Below are positions 23,701-35,781 of a DNA stretch of 63,196 bases, piece after piece. Source of the stretch: Myxococcota bacterium (GTDB lineage Bacteria > Myxococcota_A > UBA9160 > UBA6930); assembly GCA_030065975.1 (NCBI GenBank), contig JASJCN010000010.1:1-63196 (forward strand), given 5' to 3'. A program made the position numbers and the translations under genes. Numbering within the stretch: position 1 is the first letter of the stretch; the number at the start of each line of letters is the position of its first letter. Below the pieces are notes generated by a model. That model made no database searches. It was given only the letters and a program-made list of their open reading frames with translations, and was not told the DNA's origin.

Positions 23701-23910
23701 CTCGATCTTCTCGGAGACGAGGGCCTCCACGCGCTCGGGCGAGGCGCCGGGCAGCCGCGTCAGCACGATCGGCGCGCGCATGGTGATGCGCGGGTCCTCG
23801 GTGCGCGGCAGGGAGAACAGCGAGCTCACGCCCGCTGCCATCACGACCAGGAGCACCATCACCAGCAGGTGTCGGTTCTGCATGAGCGAGAGGGCGCCGC
23901 GCGAGATCAT
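20785..23910 (-). CDS. RND efflux permease (AcrB/AcrD/AcrF family)
   Basis: About 1041 aa; LPRTEDP, GLLIDNAIVVVDE, STLTT, GVALNDSIV and TTFTTIGGFLPL motifs. Confidence 0.92.
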   Translation of the reverse strand: MISRGALSLMQNRHLLVMVLLVVMAAGVSSLFSLPRTEDPRITMRAPIVLTRLPGASPERVEALVSEKIEEKLKEIPEIREVDSTSRAGISVVAITLHDHVYDTDEVFSEIRDQVAAAVPLLPPEASAPVFDDKRGATAFSWIVAFTTEDESQLGILSRLSEDLADRLRSAPGTELVRIYAEPEEELTALVDDRELAALGLTTRDVAQALRAADAKTPSGRLRSPGSDLVLEVRGELDSLERVREVPLRRALSGSLVRVGDVAEVTRRWREPTTEIGLVDGRRAIFVAARMEPREQADAWAERARAITDRFRAEVGGPVDLRVVFDQSHYTVERLGTLAENLVLGAAVVVVVLLLTMGLRAGLIVGAALPISVALALFALLASGGTLQQMSIFGMMMALGLLIDNAIVVVDEVSARLQRGINRPAAVTQSVAHLFSPLLASTLTTLLSFAPIPLLIGNVGDFVGPIGVSVILALIASFVVAMTLVPALAGLLLRRPEPGERPARWWHHGIQSPRLSAAARSGLHQLLRRPALGLAVAMALPVLGFALAPTLGSQFFPPVDRNMFDVQVWLPRDASLERTRSTVAEIEDVIRGHDEVEHVAWMLGGSFPSVFYNLLMSRDDASYYARGMVETGTAAEVKALLPVLQDEIDARVPGAQVVVRSFGQGPPVEAEIELELRGPALATLQELGEEIRQRLTEQPEVLHTQATLERGEPKLWVDVDEDEARLAGLSLRDVAAQLEGRLEGRTGGSVVESFEELPVRIRTRDAERGDRAGVADTQLLAAGGNDWLPLSALGELELRPEIGGITRCDGVRCNQVRAFLRAGSLPIDVSNAVMESLEEGGFSLPAGYSLRVGGDSEEQAAAVSSLLTYAPVLGVLMVATVVLSFRSAALAALLFSVAGLSAGVGLLATWVSGYPFSFNSILGTAGLIGVALNDSIVVLAAIRDDEAARAGDLDAIVDAVLGCGRHVLSTTFTTIGGFLPLLLFVGGDFWPPLAIVLAGGVAGATILATVFVPAGFVLIQRRRSRGEERSEAPAAALPASA

Positions 23911-25058
23911 CGGGAACCCTCCAGCCGGGCCGACGCGGTCGGGCTCTCGACGCTCGGGGAGAGGTGGACGAGCTGGCCGGGGACCAGACGGTGGACGCCT
24001 CGCTGGACCACCGGCTCGCCCTCCCGCAGCGCGCCCCGCACGTACACCCGCTCGCCGGCCTCGTGGAGCAGCTCCACGGGCCGGCGGTCGAGCCGCGCGT
24101 GGCCGTCCGCGTCGGGCGTGGCCACGTAGGCCACCCACAGCCCGCGGCTGCCCTCGGTGAGGGCCGCTCGGGGCAGCCAGAAGCCGGGCGCGTCCACCGG
24201 CTCGCGCCAGCGCAGCACCGCCAGATCGCCCTGGCGGATCCGCTGATCCGGCTCCTCGATCCGGGCGCGCACCGACACGGTCCGGGTGTCGCCGTGGCGC
24301 TCGGGGAGAACGGCCAGGACGCGTCCGGCGTAGGGGATCGCGTCGATCTCGAGGCTCACGCGCTCGCCGACCGAGAGCTCCGCCGCCACCGCGCGCGAGA
24401 CGCCCACGCGGACCTCGGCCCGGGCCGTCTCGAGCAGGCGCAAGATCGGCTCGCCTCCGCCGACGACCACGCCGGCGTCCACGTGACGTGCCGAGACCTC
24501 CCCCGCAAAGGGCGCGCGCAGCACCGACTTCGCAAGGTCGACGTCGACGCTCGCGATCTGGGCGCGGACGCGGGCCAGGGCGGCCGCGCGGGCAGCCGCC
24601 TCGAGGCGGGTGTCGTCGGCCTGCTGCGGAGCGATCACGTCCTCGTCGAGCAGGAAGCGCGCGCGTCCGTCGCGCAGCTCGGCGAGCTCGAGCAGCGATC
24701 GGGCCTCGACCCGGGCCGCCACCAGCTCGGCGCGGCGGGCGCGCAGGCGCTCGGTGTCGAGCTCTGCGACCGCGGCTCCGGCCTCGACCCGGTCGCCCTC
24801 GTCGATCAGGACCCGTGCCACCTTGCCGCCGAGCTCGAAGGAGAGATCCGAGGCCTGGGCGAACTCGACGCGACCGACGAAGCGCTGGCTCCGCTCGTAG
24901 CCGCTCTCGAGGGCCGCGCGCGCGGCGTCGACGCCGAGGGGCCGCCCGGGGGTGGGCTCGGGCTCGCTGGCCGCGAGGCGCCGTGCGCCGGCGATGCCGG
25001 CGGCGGTGAGGAGGACGAGGAGGATCGCGGTCCAGCGGCTCTTTAGATGCATATACAT
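23907..25058 (-). CDS. RND periplasmic adaptor (MFP) subunit
   Basis: N-terminal anchor, FELGGKV..VLIDEGDRV, LRAPFAG; overlaps the permease start. Confidence 0.9.
   Translation of the reverse strand: MYMHLKSRWTAILLVLLTAAGIAGARRLAASEPEPTPGRPLGVDAARAALESGYERSQRFVGRVEFAQASDLSFELGGKVARVLIDEGDRVEAGAAVAELDTERLRARRAELVAARVEARSLLELAELRDGRARFLLDEDVIAPQQADDTRLEAAARAAALARVRAQIASVDVDLAKSVLRAPFAGEVSARHVDAGVVVGGGEPILRLLETARAEVRVGVSRAVAAELSVGERVSLEIDAIPYAGRVLAVLPERHGDTRTVSVRARIEEPDQRIRQGDLAVLRWREPVDAPGFWLPRAALTEGSRGLWVAYVATPDADGHARLDRRPVELLHEAGERVYVRGALREGEPVVQRGVHRLVPGQLVHLSPSVESPTASARLEGSR
25047..25058. promoter_or_regulatory. Putative MarR operator 2 (ATGCATATACAT)
   Basis: Near-palindrome over the MFP start codon; its core matches the site upstream of marR. 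Confidence 0.6.
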
Positions 25059-25083
25059 GTATTAGCTCCGAAGAAACGATCGT

Positions 25084-25563
25084 CTAGGGCGCGCGTCGAG
25101 ACAGACTCTGGTCGGCGAGGGTCTTGAAGGCTTCGGCTCCGTCGGGCCCCAGGGCCTCTCGGGCCCGGGCCTGCGCCTTGCGCCAGAGCGGGATCGCCTC
25201 GTTGTAGAGGGCCGCGCCCGCGTCGGTCAGCCGCACGAGGCGAGCGCGCTCGTCGGCGGGGTCGGGCAGCATCTCCACCCACTCGTTGCGACGCAGCACG
25301 TCGACGATCCGCGACAGCGAGGAGGGCTCGAGGGCGATCATGTCGGCCACCTCGGAGAGGCGCGCCTCGCCCCGGGCGGCGATCGCCGTCATCACGTTCA
25401 TCTGGGTCGGCTTGAGCCCGAGGGGCCGGAGCGGCTCCTCGTAGAGGCTGGTGAGCGTCCGGCTCAGCGCGCGGACCCGGAACAGGAGGCACTCCCCGGC
25501 GGTCTGCCGGGCCGTGCGCTGGGCCTGCTCGCGGAGGTCGCGTCGCTTCTTCGGGGCTGCCAT
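25084..25563 (-). CDS. MarR family transcriptional regulator
   Basis: CLLFRVRALSR..YEEPLRPLGL and D.ADERARLVRLTDAG motifs. Confidence 0.9.
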   Translation of the reverse strand: MAAPKKRRDLREQAQRTARQTAGECLLFRVRALSRTLTSLYEEPLRPLGLKPTQMNVMTAIAARGEARLSEVADMIALEPSSLSRIVDVLRRNEWVEMLPDPADERARLVRLTDAGAALYNEAIPLWRKAQARAREALGPDGAEAFKTLADQSLSRRAP

Positions 25564-25571
25564 CGAGGCCG

Positions 25572-25589
25572 ATTATATTGCATATGCAA
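25572..25589 (-). promoter_or_regulatory. marR promoter: -10 TATAAT adjacent to palindromic operator TTGCATATGCAA
   Basis: Consensus TATAAT 8 nt before the ATG, and a perfect 12-bp AT-rich palindrome in GC-rich DNA. Confidence 0.7.
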
Positions 25590-25679
25590 GTGGGCGCAAG
25601 CCGGCGCACGGAGGCCCCCGGGGCGCTTGGCCCCTCTTCCCCGCGCGATTACCCTCCTCGGGCGCCCCACGGAGACCCC

Positions 25680-26699
25680 ATGAGCACTGCCCCGACCGAC
25701 GCCGCGGACCCCATCGACCAGGATCTCGAGACGATCCTCACCTCCTTCGACACCAACTACGCCTGGAACTACGGCTCGGTGAAGGAGGGGCTCCGGGACC
25801 TGTACGAGAAGGCCAAGCGCGAGCAGTGGAACTCCACCAGCCAGCTGGCCTGGGACACCGACGTCGACCCCGAGGGCGACATCCTGCCCCAGGGGATCAA
25901 TCCCCTCACCGGCTACGGCCCCTTCGAGAAGCTCGACGCCAAGGAGCGGGCCAAGCTGCGCCACGCCCAGGTGTCGCTGCAGCTCTCCCAGTTCCTGCAC
26001 GGCGAGCAGGGCGCCCTGATCGTGGCCTCGCAGCTGGTGGGCGGCGTTCCGTGGATGGACGCCAAGTACTACGCCGGCTCCCAGACCATGGACGAGGCGC
26101 GGCACGTCGAGGTCTTCAGCAAGTACGTCAACGAGAAGCTCGAGTGGGAGTGGCCGATCAACAAGAACCTGAAGGAGCTGCTCGACGCCACCCTCACCGA
26201 CAGCCGCTGGGACTTCAAGTACCTCGGCATGCAGATCATGATCGAGGGTCTGGCCATGGCGGCCTTCGGCAACCTGTTCCAGGTGTGCCAGGAGCCGCTC
26301 CTGAAGGACCTGCTCAAGTACGTGATGCGCGACGAGTCGCGACACGTGGCGTTCGGCGTGGTCTCGCTCCGCGACTACTACAAGGACATGCCCGAGAACG
26401 AGCTGTCGGACCGTGAGGACTTCATCATCTACTCGGCCGAGCTGATGCGGAACCGCCTGATCGGCGACGACATCGCGCGGGCCATGGGCTGGAACCCCAA
26501 GGAGGTCCAGGAGGTCGTGCTGACCTCGGAGATCGGCCAGGCCTTCCGGGCCATGCTCTTCCAGCGCGTGGTGCCCAACCTGAAGAAGCTCGGTCTGCTC
26601 ACGCCGAAGGTGCGCAAGGCCTTCACGGACCTCGACATCATCCGCTTCGAGGACTTCGACACGGACGCCGCCGACCGCGCGCTGGGCTTCGACGCCTAG
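25680..26699 (+). CDS. Ferritin-like di-iron protein (AurF/oxygenase-like)
   Basis: HGEQGA, DEARH, IEGLA and DESRH di-iron ligand pattern. Confidence 0.82.
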   Translation: MSTAPTDAADPIDQDLETILTSFDTNYAWNYGSVKEGLRDLYEKAKREQWNSTSQLAWDTDVDPEGDILPQGINPLTGYGPFEKLDAKERAKLRHAQVSLQLSQFLHGEQGALIVASQLVGGVPWMDAKYYAGSQTMDEARHVEVFSKYVNEKLEWEWPINKNLKELLDATLTDSRWDFKYLGMQIMIEGLAMAAFGNLFQVCQEPLLKDLLKYVMRDESRHVAFGVVSLRDYYKDMPENELSDREDFIIYSAELMRNRLIGDDIARAMGWNPKEVQEVVLTSEIGQAFRAMLFQRVVPNLKKLGLLTPKVRKAFTDLDIIRFEDFDTDAADRALGFDA

Positions 26700-26835
26700 G
26701 CCCTCGGGCCCTCCCTGGGCTTCGACGCCCAGGGGCCATGACGGGGCTTCGGCGGCCCGTTGAACATCGTGCGCCGCGATTGAACGCCTGGGGTCGATGC
26801 TCCGGGCCTTCTCGCCAGGCGGGCTGGAACATCCG

Positions 26836-26870
26836 GGGCCTCCCGCAAGGTGCGGGGGGCCCTTTGTGTT
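26836..26870 (+). terminator. Rho-independent terminator
   Basis: GGGCCTCCCGCA/TGCGGGGGGCCC stem followed by TTTGTGTT. Confidence 0.65.
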
Positions 26871-26895
26871 GCCCCTCGGGGATGGGCGGCTCTCG

Positions 26896-28077
26896 TTAGC
26901 TCCCCTGGTGGCAGACGCCGGCCTCGCGCGCCGCCTCCGCCACCGCCTCGGCGACCCGCACGGCGACCTGTCGGTCGAAGGGGGAGGGCAGGATCCGATG
27001 GGCCGTCGGCTCCTCGACGCAGTGCACGATCGCGTCGATCGCCGCGCGCTTCATGGAGGGCGTGAAGCGGGTGGCGCGCGCCTCGAGCGCTCCGCGGAAG
27101 AGCCCCGGGAAGGCCAGCACGTTGTTCACCTGGTTGGGGAAGTCGCTCCGGCCCGTGCCCACGATCGCCGCCCCCGCCGCCTCGGCGACGTCGGGCATGA
27201 TCTCGGGCGTGGGGTTGGCCATGGCCAGCACGATCGGGTCGTCGGCCATGCTCTCGATGTCCTCGCCGGTCAGGAGGTTGCCGCGCGAGACGCCGATGAA
27301 GACGTCGGCACCGCGCAGGGCGTCGCGCAGGTCTCCACTCTGGCCCTCGGGATTCGTGAGCTTCGCGATCTGCTCCTTGCTCGCGTCGTTTCCGGCGCGG
27401 CCCGGGTGGAGGATGCCCTTGGAGTCGCAAACCCGAAGGCTTCCCTGGTGCGGGCTCTCGTCCGTTCCGGAGAGCAAGAGCGCGATGGCGCGGCCGGCCG
27501 CGCCGGCCCCGTTCACCACGATGTCGAGCTCGTCGATCGGCCGGCCCACGACGCGGGCCGCGTTGGTCATGGCGGCCAGCAGCACGATGGCGGTGCCGTG
27601 CTGGTCGTCGTGCAGGACGGGGATCCCGATGTCCTGCAGGCGCTCCTCGATCTCGAAGCAGCGCGGGGCCGAGATGTCCTCGAGATTGACGCCGCCGAAG
27701 GTCGGCGCGATGGCCTTCACGATCGCGACGATCTCGTCGGGCTCGTGCGCGTCGATCACGACGGGGACGGCATCCACGCCGGCGAACTCGTGGAACAGCA
27801 CGGCCTTGCCCTCCATCACCGGGAGCGAGGCGGTAGGGCCGATGTCGCCGAGGCCGAGCACCGCGGACCCGTCGGAGACCACGGCCACGGTGCGGCCCCG
27901 CCAGGTGAGATCCCAGCCCGCGGCGGGGTCCTTGGCGATCTCCTCGCACGGCCGCGCGACGCCCGGGGTGTACGCCAGGCTCAGATCCTCCTGGGTTTCG
28001 AGTCGCATCCGCGAGCGGACCTCGATCTTGCCTCGGGTCTTGCGGTGAAGCAAAAGCGACTGCTCGAACGCGTCCAT
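26896..28077 (-). CDS. NAD(P)-dependent malic enzyme (short type)
   Basis: YTPGVA, DGSAVLGLG, VMEGKA, NLEDI, HDDQHGTA, MANPTPE and NQVNNVLAFPG motifs; GAGGAGG RBS. Confidence 0.93.
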   Translation of the reverse strand: MDAFEQSLLLHRKTRGKIEVRSRMRLETQEDLSLAYTPGVARPCEEIAKDPAAGWDLTWRGRTVAVVSDGSAVLGLGDIGPTASLPVMEGKAVLFHEFAGVDAVPVVIDAHEPDEIVAIVKAIAPTFGGVNLEDISAPRCFEIEERLQDIGIPVLHDDQHGTAIVLLAAMTNAARVVGRPIDELDIVVNGAGAAGRAIALLLSGTDESPHQGSLRVCDSKGILHPGRAGNDASKEQIAKLTNPEGQSGDLRDALRGADVFIGVSRGNLLTGEDIESMADDPIVLAMANPTPEIMPDVAEAAGAAIVGTGRSDFPNQVNNVLAFPGLFRGALEARATRFTPSMKRAAIDAIVHCVEEPTAHRILPSPFDRQVAVRVAEAVAEAAREAGVCHQGS

Positions 28078-28284
28078 TGCGACCTCCTCGTGACCGGGGC
28101 GTACCGCCGACGACCCTATCACGAATGAACGATCGGGTTGCAGGCTCTGTGTGCGAACTGCAACAGACGGGCAGGTTCCGGCGGCGCGGCGTCGAAAATC
28201 CTCGTAACGAACGGCGCACTCCTTCATCCTAGGCGGGAGCGGCACGCAGGCTGCGGCTCTCGTGAGCACAAGCGGAGGGCGTCG

Positions 28285-28971
28285 ATGAATCGACTGATCC
28301 GGCTCTTCGGTACGTCGATCGGCCGGAAGCTGGTCATGGCCGTCACCGGGGTCCTGCTGATCGGCTTCCTGATCAGCCACATGCTCGGGAACATGACGGT
28401 GTTCCAGGGCCAGGAGTCCATGAACTACTACGCGGCCTGGCTCAAGAAGCATCCCTTCCTGTGGGTCGCGCGCGCCGGTCTGCTCACCATCTTCGGTCTC
28501 CACGTCGTGACGGCGATCTCGCTCGCCATCGAGAACAACGCGGCCAGACCGGAGGGCTACCGGAAGAAGAGTGCGGTGGCCGCGACGCTCTCGTCCCGAT
28601 ACATCGTCGTGAGCGGCCTGCTGGTGCTCGCCTTCCTGATCTACCACCTGGCGCACTTCACCTTCGGGTGGGTGCAGCCCGACCTCTACCACTTCGTGGA
28701 CGAGAAGGCGCGCCATGACGTCTACCGGATGGTGGTGCTCGGGTTCCAGAACCCGATCGTCACCGGGAGCTACGTGGCCGCGATGCTGCTCCTCGGCTTC
28801 CACCTGCACCACGGGGCGCGGAGCCTCGTGCAGACGATCGGCTTGAACCACGAGAGCTACAACACGCTCATCCGGATCGGCAGCAACACCCTGGTGGCGG
28901 CGCTGGTGATCGGGAACTGCTCGATTCCGCTGATGATCCTGGCGGGCTTCGTGGACCCGGCGGCCAAGTGA
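28285..28971 (+). CDS. sdhC: Succinate dehydrogenase/fumarate reductase cytochrome b subunit
   Basis: [22 protein letters not shown] and HLHHG heme-ligand pattern; lies upstream of sdhA. Confidence 0.9.
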   Translation: MNRLIRLFGTSIGRKLVMAVTGVLLIGFLISHMLGNMTVFQGQESMNYYAAWLKKHPFLWVARAGLLTIFGLHVVTAISLAIENNAARPEGYRKKSAVAATLSSRYIVVSGLLVLAFLIYHLAHFTFGWVQPDLYHFVDEKARHDVYRMVVLGFQNPIVTGSYVAAMLLLGFHLHHGARSLVQTIGLNHESYNTLIRIGSNTLVAALVIGNCSIPLMILAGFVDPAAK

Positions 28972-29014
28972 AGACTCCGGCAGGGACTCCGGCCGGGAGA
29001 GGGAGGCGCGGCTG

Positions 29015-30928
<1,914 letters not shown>

Positions 30929-30959
30929 TCCTTCCGAACCCCCCGAGCCGGAGCGACTC

Positions 30960-31763
30960 GTGAACGACGAAGAGACGATGGACCTGCGCCTGCACGTGTG
31001 GCGCCAGAAGGACTCGAAGTCTCCCGGCAAGATGGTGACCTACCGGGCGAACGGCATCAGCCCGGACATGTCCTTCCTCGAGATGCTCGACGTCGTGAAC
31101 GAGGAGCTCGTGACGGCCGGGAAGCCCCCGATCGCCTTCGACCACGATTGCCGCGAGGGGATCTGCGGCATGTGCTCGCTGGTGATCAACGGCGTGCCCC
31201 ACGGCCCCCAGCAGGGCACCACCGCCTGTCAGCTCCACATGCGGCACTTCCGGCACGGCGACGAGATCACCATCGAGCCCTGGCGGGCCCGGGCCTTCCC
31301 GGTGATCCGGGATCTCGTCGTCGATCGACGCTCGCTAGACCGGGTGCTCCAGGCCGGCGGCTACGTCTCCGTCAACACGGGGTCCGCGCCCGACGCGAAC
31401 GCCATTCCCGTACCCCAGGACAACGCCGAGGCGGCCTTCGACGCCGCCGCCTGCATCGGCTGCGGAGCCTGCGTCGCGGCTTGCCCCAACGCCTCGGCGT
31501 CGCTCTTCGTTGCGGCGAAGGCGCAGCAGCTCTCGCTGCTTCCCCAGGGCCAGCCCGAGCGGGAGAAGCGGGCGATCCACATGGTCGAGGCCATGGACCG
31601 CGAGGGCTTCGGGGGCTGCACGAACCACTACGAGTGCGAGGCGGTCTGCCCGAAGGGCATTCCCGTCCGCTACATCGCGGACCTGAACCGCGACTTCCTG
31701 CGCTCGGCTCTCACGAGCCGGGAGGTGAAGCCGCTCCCTCCGGCCGTCGACGCGGAGGAGTAG
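30960..31763 (+). CDS. sdhB: Succinate dehydrogenase/fumarate reductase Fe-S subunit
   Basis: [22 protein letters not shown] and [12 protein letters not shown] motifs. Confidence 0.95.
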   Translation: MNDEETMDLRLHVWRQKDSKSPGKMVTYRANGISPDMSFLEMLDVVNEELVTAGKPPIAFDHDCREGICGMCSLVINGVPHGPQQGTTACQLHMRHFRHGDEITIEPWRARAFPVIRDLVVDRRSLDRVLQAGGYVSVNTGSAPDANAIPVPQDNAEAAFDAAACIGCGACVAACPNASASLFVAAKAQQLSLLPQGQPEREKRAIHMVEAMDREGFGGCTNHYECEAVCPKGIPVRYIADLNRDFLRSALTSREVKPLPPAVDAEE

Positions 31764-33996
31764 CTCCGCCTCCGCCCGGGATGCCCGACCAGTTGCGCTC
31801 GTCCCGCGGGCCGGCCGCGGGCGTGACCCGCACGGGAATGCCGGTCATGCGCGACATGCCCGACACGCGCTCGACGGCCTCGGGCCCGTCCGCCGCCAGG
31901 AGGTTCACGTTCACGCCGGCGGTGCGCCCCGCCACGGAGAGCCCGCGCGCGTGCTGGTGCCCCCAGCCGTGAGGCAGGGCCACCGCGCCCGGCACCAGAT
32001 CGTCGAGGATGCGCACGGGGAGACGCACACAGCCGCTCTCGGACTCGACGTCGGCGAGGTCGCCGCTCGAGAGGCCGCGGGCCCGTGCGTCGGACGAATG
32101 CATGTAGAGGTGGTTGGTGTCGCCCTCGCCGCGGACGAAGCCCTCGGCGTTGTGCGTCCACGAGTTGTGGGTCTTGACGTAGCGCTTGGTGATGAGCCGC
32201 AGGTCCGAAGGCGTGTCGAGCTCCGCATCGAAGTCGGCCTCGAGGCTCTCGGCCTGCTGCAGCAGCTCGGGAGGGGCCAGGTGGAGCTTCCCGTCGTCGG
32301 TCACCAGCCGCTGCCCGAGGAAGTCGCCGCCCTGATGGTCCGGGCGCAGCCGGCCCTCGGGTGAGCGCAGGAGCGCATCGAAGCTGCCATTGCCGCTGGC
32401 TCGCAGGATCCAGGAGAGGAGCAGACGCTGGGGCAGGGCGCGCAGGCCGCTCGGGTGCTTCGGGCCCAGAAGACGCTGCAGCGCCGTGAACACGCCCTGG
32501 GCGATGCGCGAGCCGAAGAGCGGCGTGCCCGCCGCCCGGCACAGCTCGAGATACATCGTCGCCTCGTCGAGGGCAAAGCCCGCCGGCGGCACCACGGCGT
32601 CGGTGGCCTGCAGGTAGGGATGCGCCTGGAGGCCCAGCATCAGCGGGAACACGAAGGGCAGGTCGGGTCGCTCGAAGGGCGTCGTGGCCGGAAGCACGTA
32701 GTGGGCCAGGGAAGCCGTCTCGTTCAGGAAGATGTCGGTCACCACCAGCAGCTCGAGCTCGCCGAGGGCCTCGCGCAGGCGGCCCGCGCCCGCCATGGTG
32801 ATGAGCGGGTTGCCTCCGGTCACGAAGAGCCCGCGGATCTGCTCGGGCCCCGGCGTCTGGATCTCGTCGGGCAGGATCGCGCCGGGCAGGATGTCGTTCA
32901 CCGCGGGGAAGTCGCCGATCCGCGAACGCACCTTCGTGGTGAGAGCTCCGCCGCGGGTGCTCAGCTTGGGGAAGTCCACGATGCCATGGCCCACCAGGGT
33001 TCCGCCGCGCCGGTCGAGGTTTCCGGAGACGGCGTTGATCACCTCCTGGATCCAGAAGGCGACGGCGCCGTTCCCGCCCATGTTCACGCCCGTCGAGCAG
33101 TAGAGTGCGGCGCCTCCGGCCTCCCCGCTGCACTCGCGGTAGACGCCGACCATGCGGCGCAGGGTCTCCGCCGGAATGCCCGTGACTCGCGCCGTGCGCT
33201 CCGGGCTCCACTCCTTCGCGAGGGCCTCGATCGCGTCGAAGCCGGTCATGAACGCATCGACGCGCTCGCGCTCTACGCCCCCCTTTGCGATCAGCTCGTT
33301 CAGGAAGCCGAGGTAGAAGAAGGCGTCGGTTCCCGGCCGGATCGGGACGTGCTCGCCCGCGACCTTGGCCGTCTCGGTGCGCCGCGGGTCGACGACGAAG
33401 ACCCGCCCGCCCCGTTCCTCGATCGCGCGGAGCTTCCGGCCCGGGTTCGGGACCTGCAGGAAGCTCCACTTCGACACCATCGGGTTCGCCCCCACCATGA
33501 TCAGGCAGCGCGTGCGCTCGACGTCGGGGAAGGTCAGCGTGAAGGGGAAGCCGTAGAGGTGGGTCGAGACGCTGAACTTGTTGGCGCAGTCCTGGGTGGA
33601 CGAGCCGTACATGTTGCGCGAGCCGATCGCGTCCATGAAGCCCTTGGCGAAGATCGGGTGCAGCACGCCGAAGCCGGCCGCCGTCCCGATGTACATGGCC
33701 AGCGAGTGGGGCGAGTGGTCGCTGCGCAGCTGCGCGGTCTTGGCGCCGATCTCGGAGATGGCCTGGCGCCACGAGATGGGCTCGAAGCCAGAGCCCTTGC
33801 GCTTGAGCGGACGAGTGAGACGGTCCTTCGACTGGTACAGCCCCATCTGCTTCAGGCCCTTCACGCAGCCGAAGCCTTCGGTGGCCACGTGGTCCGGGTT
33901 GGGACGGATCTCGGTGATGCGGTCGCCCTCGCGGGTGACCTCGAGGCCGCAGAGGGCCTCGCAGATGCGGCAGAAGGAGGCCTGGGTCTCGGGCAT
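31711..33996 (-). CDS. Molybdopterin (DMSO reductase family) oxidoreductase, cytoplasmic, with N-terminal 4Fe-4S
   Basis: CRICEALC...[32 protein letters not shown] and LPHGWGH motifs. Confidence 0.9.
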   Translation of the reverse strand: MPETQASFCRICEALCGLEVTREGDRITEIRPNPDHVATEGFGCVKGLKQMGLYQSKDRLTRPLKRKGSGFEPISWRQAISEIGAKTAQLRSDHSPHSLAMYIGTAAGFGVLHPIFAKGFMDAIGSRNMYGSSTQDCANKFSVSTHLYGFPFTLTFPDVERTRCLIMVGANPMVSKWSFLQVPNPGRKLRAIEERGGRVFVVDPRRTETAKVAGEHVPIRPGTDAFFYLGFLNELIAKGGVERERVDAFMTGFDAIEALAKEWSPERTARVTGIPAETLRRMVGVYRECSGEAGGAALYCSTGVNMGGNGAVAFWIQEVINAVSGNLDRRGGTLVGHGIVDFPKLSTRGGALTTKVRSRIGDFPAVNDILPGAILPDEIQTPGPEQIRGLFVTGGNPLITMAGAGRLREALGELELLVVTDIFLNETASLAHYVLPATTPFERPDLPFVFPLMLGLQAHPYLQATDAVVPPAGFALDEATMYLELCRAAGTPLFGSRIAQGVFTALQRLLGPKHPSGLRALPQRLLLSWILRASGNGSFDALLRSPEGRLRPDHQGGDFLGQRLVTDDGKLHLAPPELLQQAESLEADFDAELDTPSDLRLITKRYVKTHNSWTHNAEGFVRGEGDTNHLYMHSSDARARGLSSGDLADVESESGCVRLPVRILDDLVPGAVALPHGWGHQHARGLSVAGRTAGVNVNLLAADGPEAVERVSGMSRMTGIPVRVTPAAGPRDERNWSGIPGGGGATPPRRRPEGAASPPGS

Positions 33997-34039
33997 CCGC
34001 GAAGTGTAGGGCCTGTGCGCACCTTGGCCCGGGGCGAGC

Positions 34040-34954
34040 CTAGTCCCCGCGGCCGTCCTCCTCGCTCGTCAGGGTCTGGACGCTGTCCGGATGGGCCAGG
34101 TCGAACTCGCGGGCGTGCTGCAGGTGCTCGGGGTCGAATCCCGCCTGGCGGGCCCGGGCCACCAGCTCGGAGAACCCGTCGCTCTGCTTGGTGCGCGTCG
34201 AGAGCGCGGTGCCCGGCGCATGCAGTCGCTGGTCGGAGACGATCTTGGCGCCGCGCTCGGCGCTCACCCCGCGATCGTCCCGGTAGTACTGGGACAGGAC
34301 GAGCAGGCGCGAGCCCAGGAAGGCGGCCTCCTCGAGATCGTGGGTGACGAAGAAGATCGTCATGCCGTGGGTCTCCCACAGCTCGAGCAGGAAGAGCTGG
34401 ACGTCCTCCCGGGTGCTCGGATCCAGCGCACCGAAGGGCTCGTCCATCAGCAGGATCTTCGGCTGCAGGATCAACGACTGCGCCACCGCCACTCGCTGCT
34501 GCATGCCTCCCGAGAGCTCGTGGGGATGCTTGTGCCCGTGCCCGGTGAGCCCGACCTCGGCGAGGTACCCGTTGGCCTCTTCCTCGAACTCGGCGCGGCG
34601 CTTCCGGAACTCGAGCCAGCCGCAGCGCAGCCGCCGCCCGAGGGTCACGTTCTCGAGCACGGTCAAGTGCGGGAAGAGCGAGTAGCGCTGGTAGACCACG
34701 CCGCGATCGACTCCGGGCCAGCCGACGGGCCCGCCCTCGATGCGGATCTCCCCGCCCGTCACGCGCTCCTGTCCCAGGATCAGCCGCAACAGCGTCGACT
34801 TCCCGCATCCGGAAGGCCCGATCACGCAGCACAGCTCGCCCTTTGCGACCGTGAGATCGATGTTGTCGAGCACCAGCTTGTCGCCGTAGCTCTTGTAGAC
34901 GTCGCGGACCTCGAGGAAGGGGGCGCCGTCGCCATTCGGAGTCGCGTCGCTCAC
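34040..34954 (-). CDS. ABC transporter ATP-binding protein (NitT/TauT type)
   Basis: GPSGCGKS, LSGGMQQR, LLMDEPFGALD and VTHD motifs; GTGA overlap with the permease. Confidence 0.9.
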   Translation of the reverse strand: MSDATPNGDGAPFLEVRDVYKSYGDKLVLDNIDLTVAKGELCCVIGPSGCGKSTLLRLILGQERVTGGEIRIEGGPVGWPGVDRGVVYQRYSLFPHLTVLENVTLGRRLRCGWLEFRKRRAEFEEEANGYLAEVGLTGHGHKHPHELSGGMQQRVAVAQSLILQPKILLMDEPFGALDPSTREDVQLFLLELWETHGMTIFFVTHDLEEAAFLGSRLLVLSQYYRDDRGVSAERGAKIVSDQRLHAPGTALSTRTKQSDGFSELVARARQAGFDPEHLQHAREFDLAHPDSVQTLTSEEDGRGD

Positions 34955-35781
34955 GTTCGCGTCGCCTCGTACCAGCCGAAGCGCCGGGCCACGATGGTAC
35001 GCAGGGTCCAGTCGAGCACGAAGCCGAGCAGGGTGATCCAGAGCACGTAGGGCAGGATCACGTCCATGGCGAGATAGCGGCGCATCAGGAAGATCCGGTA
35101 GCCGAGGCCGTCCGTGGAGGCGATGGCTTCCGCCGCGATCAGGAAGAGCCAGCCGGCGCCGAGGGTGAGGCGCACCGTGTCGAGCAGCCGCGGCAGCACC
35201 TGGGGCAGCACCACCTGGGTCGCGACCGCCAGGTGGGTGGCGCCCAGGGTGAGCGCCTTGGTGATCTGCTCGGCCGGGATCGCGCGCGTGGTGAGATAGA
35301 CGTCGCGCGTGATCACGAAGACCGTCCCCAGGAAGATCAGCACCACCTTGGACAGCTCGTCCACGCCGAAGCTGATGAACAGGATCGGCAGCAGCGCCAA
35401 GGGTGGGATGATCGACAGGAACGTGACGACCGCGAGCAGCAGTGATCGCAGGCCTGGATACAGCCCCACCGGGAGCCCGACCGCGAGGCCCACCAGGGCG
35501 GCCAGCCCGACGCCGATGCCGAGGCGACGCAGGCTCGAGAGCGTGTCCTGCCAGAACACGTAGCCCCCCGAGCGCTTGTCCTCGGTGAAGGCCAGCCGGT
35601 GCATCGACTCGGCCATGGTCGAGAAGGCCGGGAGGAGCTTGTCGTTCGGGTTCTCGGCCAGCCGCGCGCTCGACGCCATCCAGTACCCGCCCACGATCAG
35701 GACGAACGGAATCGCGGCGAGGAGCAGCGCCAGGCCGCGCCCGGGGCTCGCGTGGAGGCCGAGGAGGCGAGGCGCGCGCAT
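34951..35781 (-). CDS. ABC transporter permease (NitT/TauT, urea carboxylase-associated-like)
   Basis: RLAENPNDKLLP, IPPLALLPILFI and WLFLIAAEAIASTDGLGYRIFL.RRYLAMDVI motifs. Confidence 0.88.
   Translation of the reverse strand: MRAPRLLGLHASPGRGLALLLAAIPFVLIVGGYWMASSARLAENPNDKLLPAFSTMAESMHRLAFTEDKRSGGYVFWQDTLSSLRRLGIGVGLAALVGLAVGLPVGLYPGLRSLLLAVVTFLSIIPPLALLPILFISFGVDELSKVVLIFLGTVFVITRDVYLTTRAIPAEQITKALTLGATHLAVATQVVLPQVLPRLLDTVRLTLGAGWLFLIAAEAIASTDGLGYRIFLMRRYLAMDVILPYVLWITLLGFVLDWTLRTIVARRFGWYEATRT

Noticed and set aside
26785-26835. HDV-like ribozyme
   Set aside because: The P1, P3 and L3 elements do not fit the canonical nested pseudoknot.
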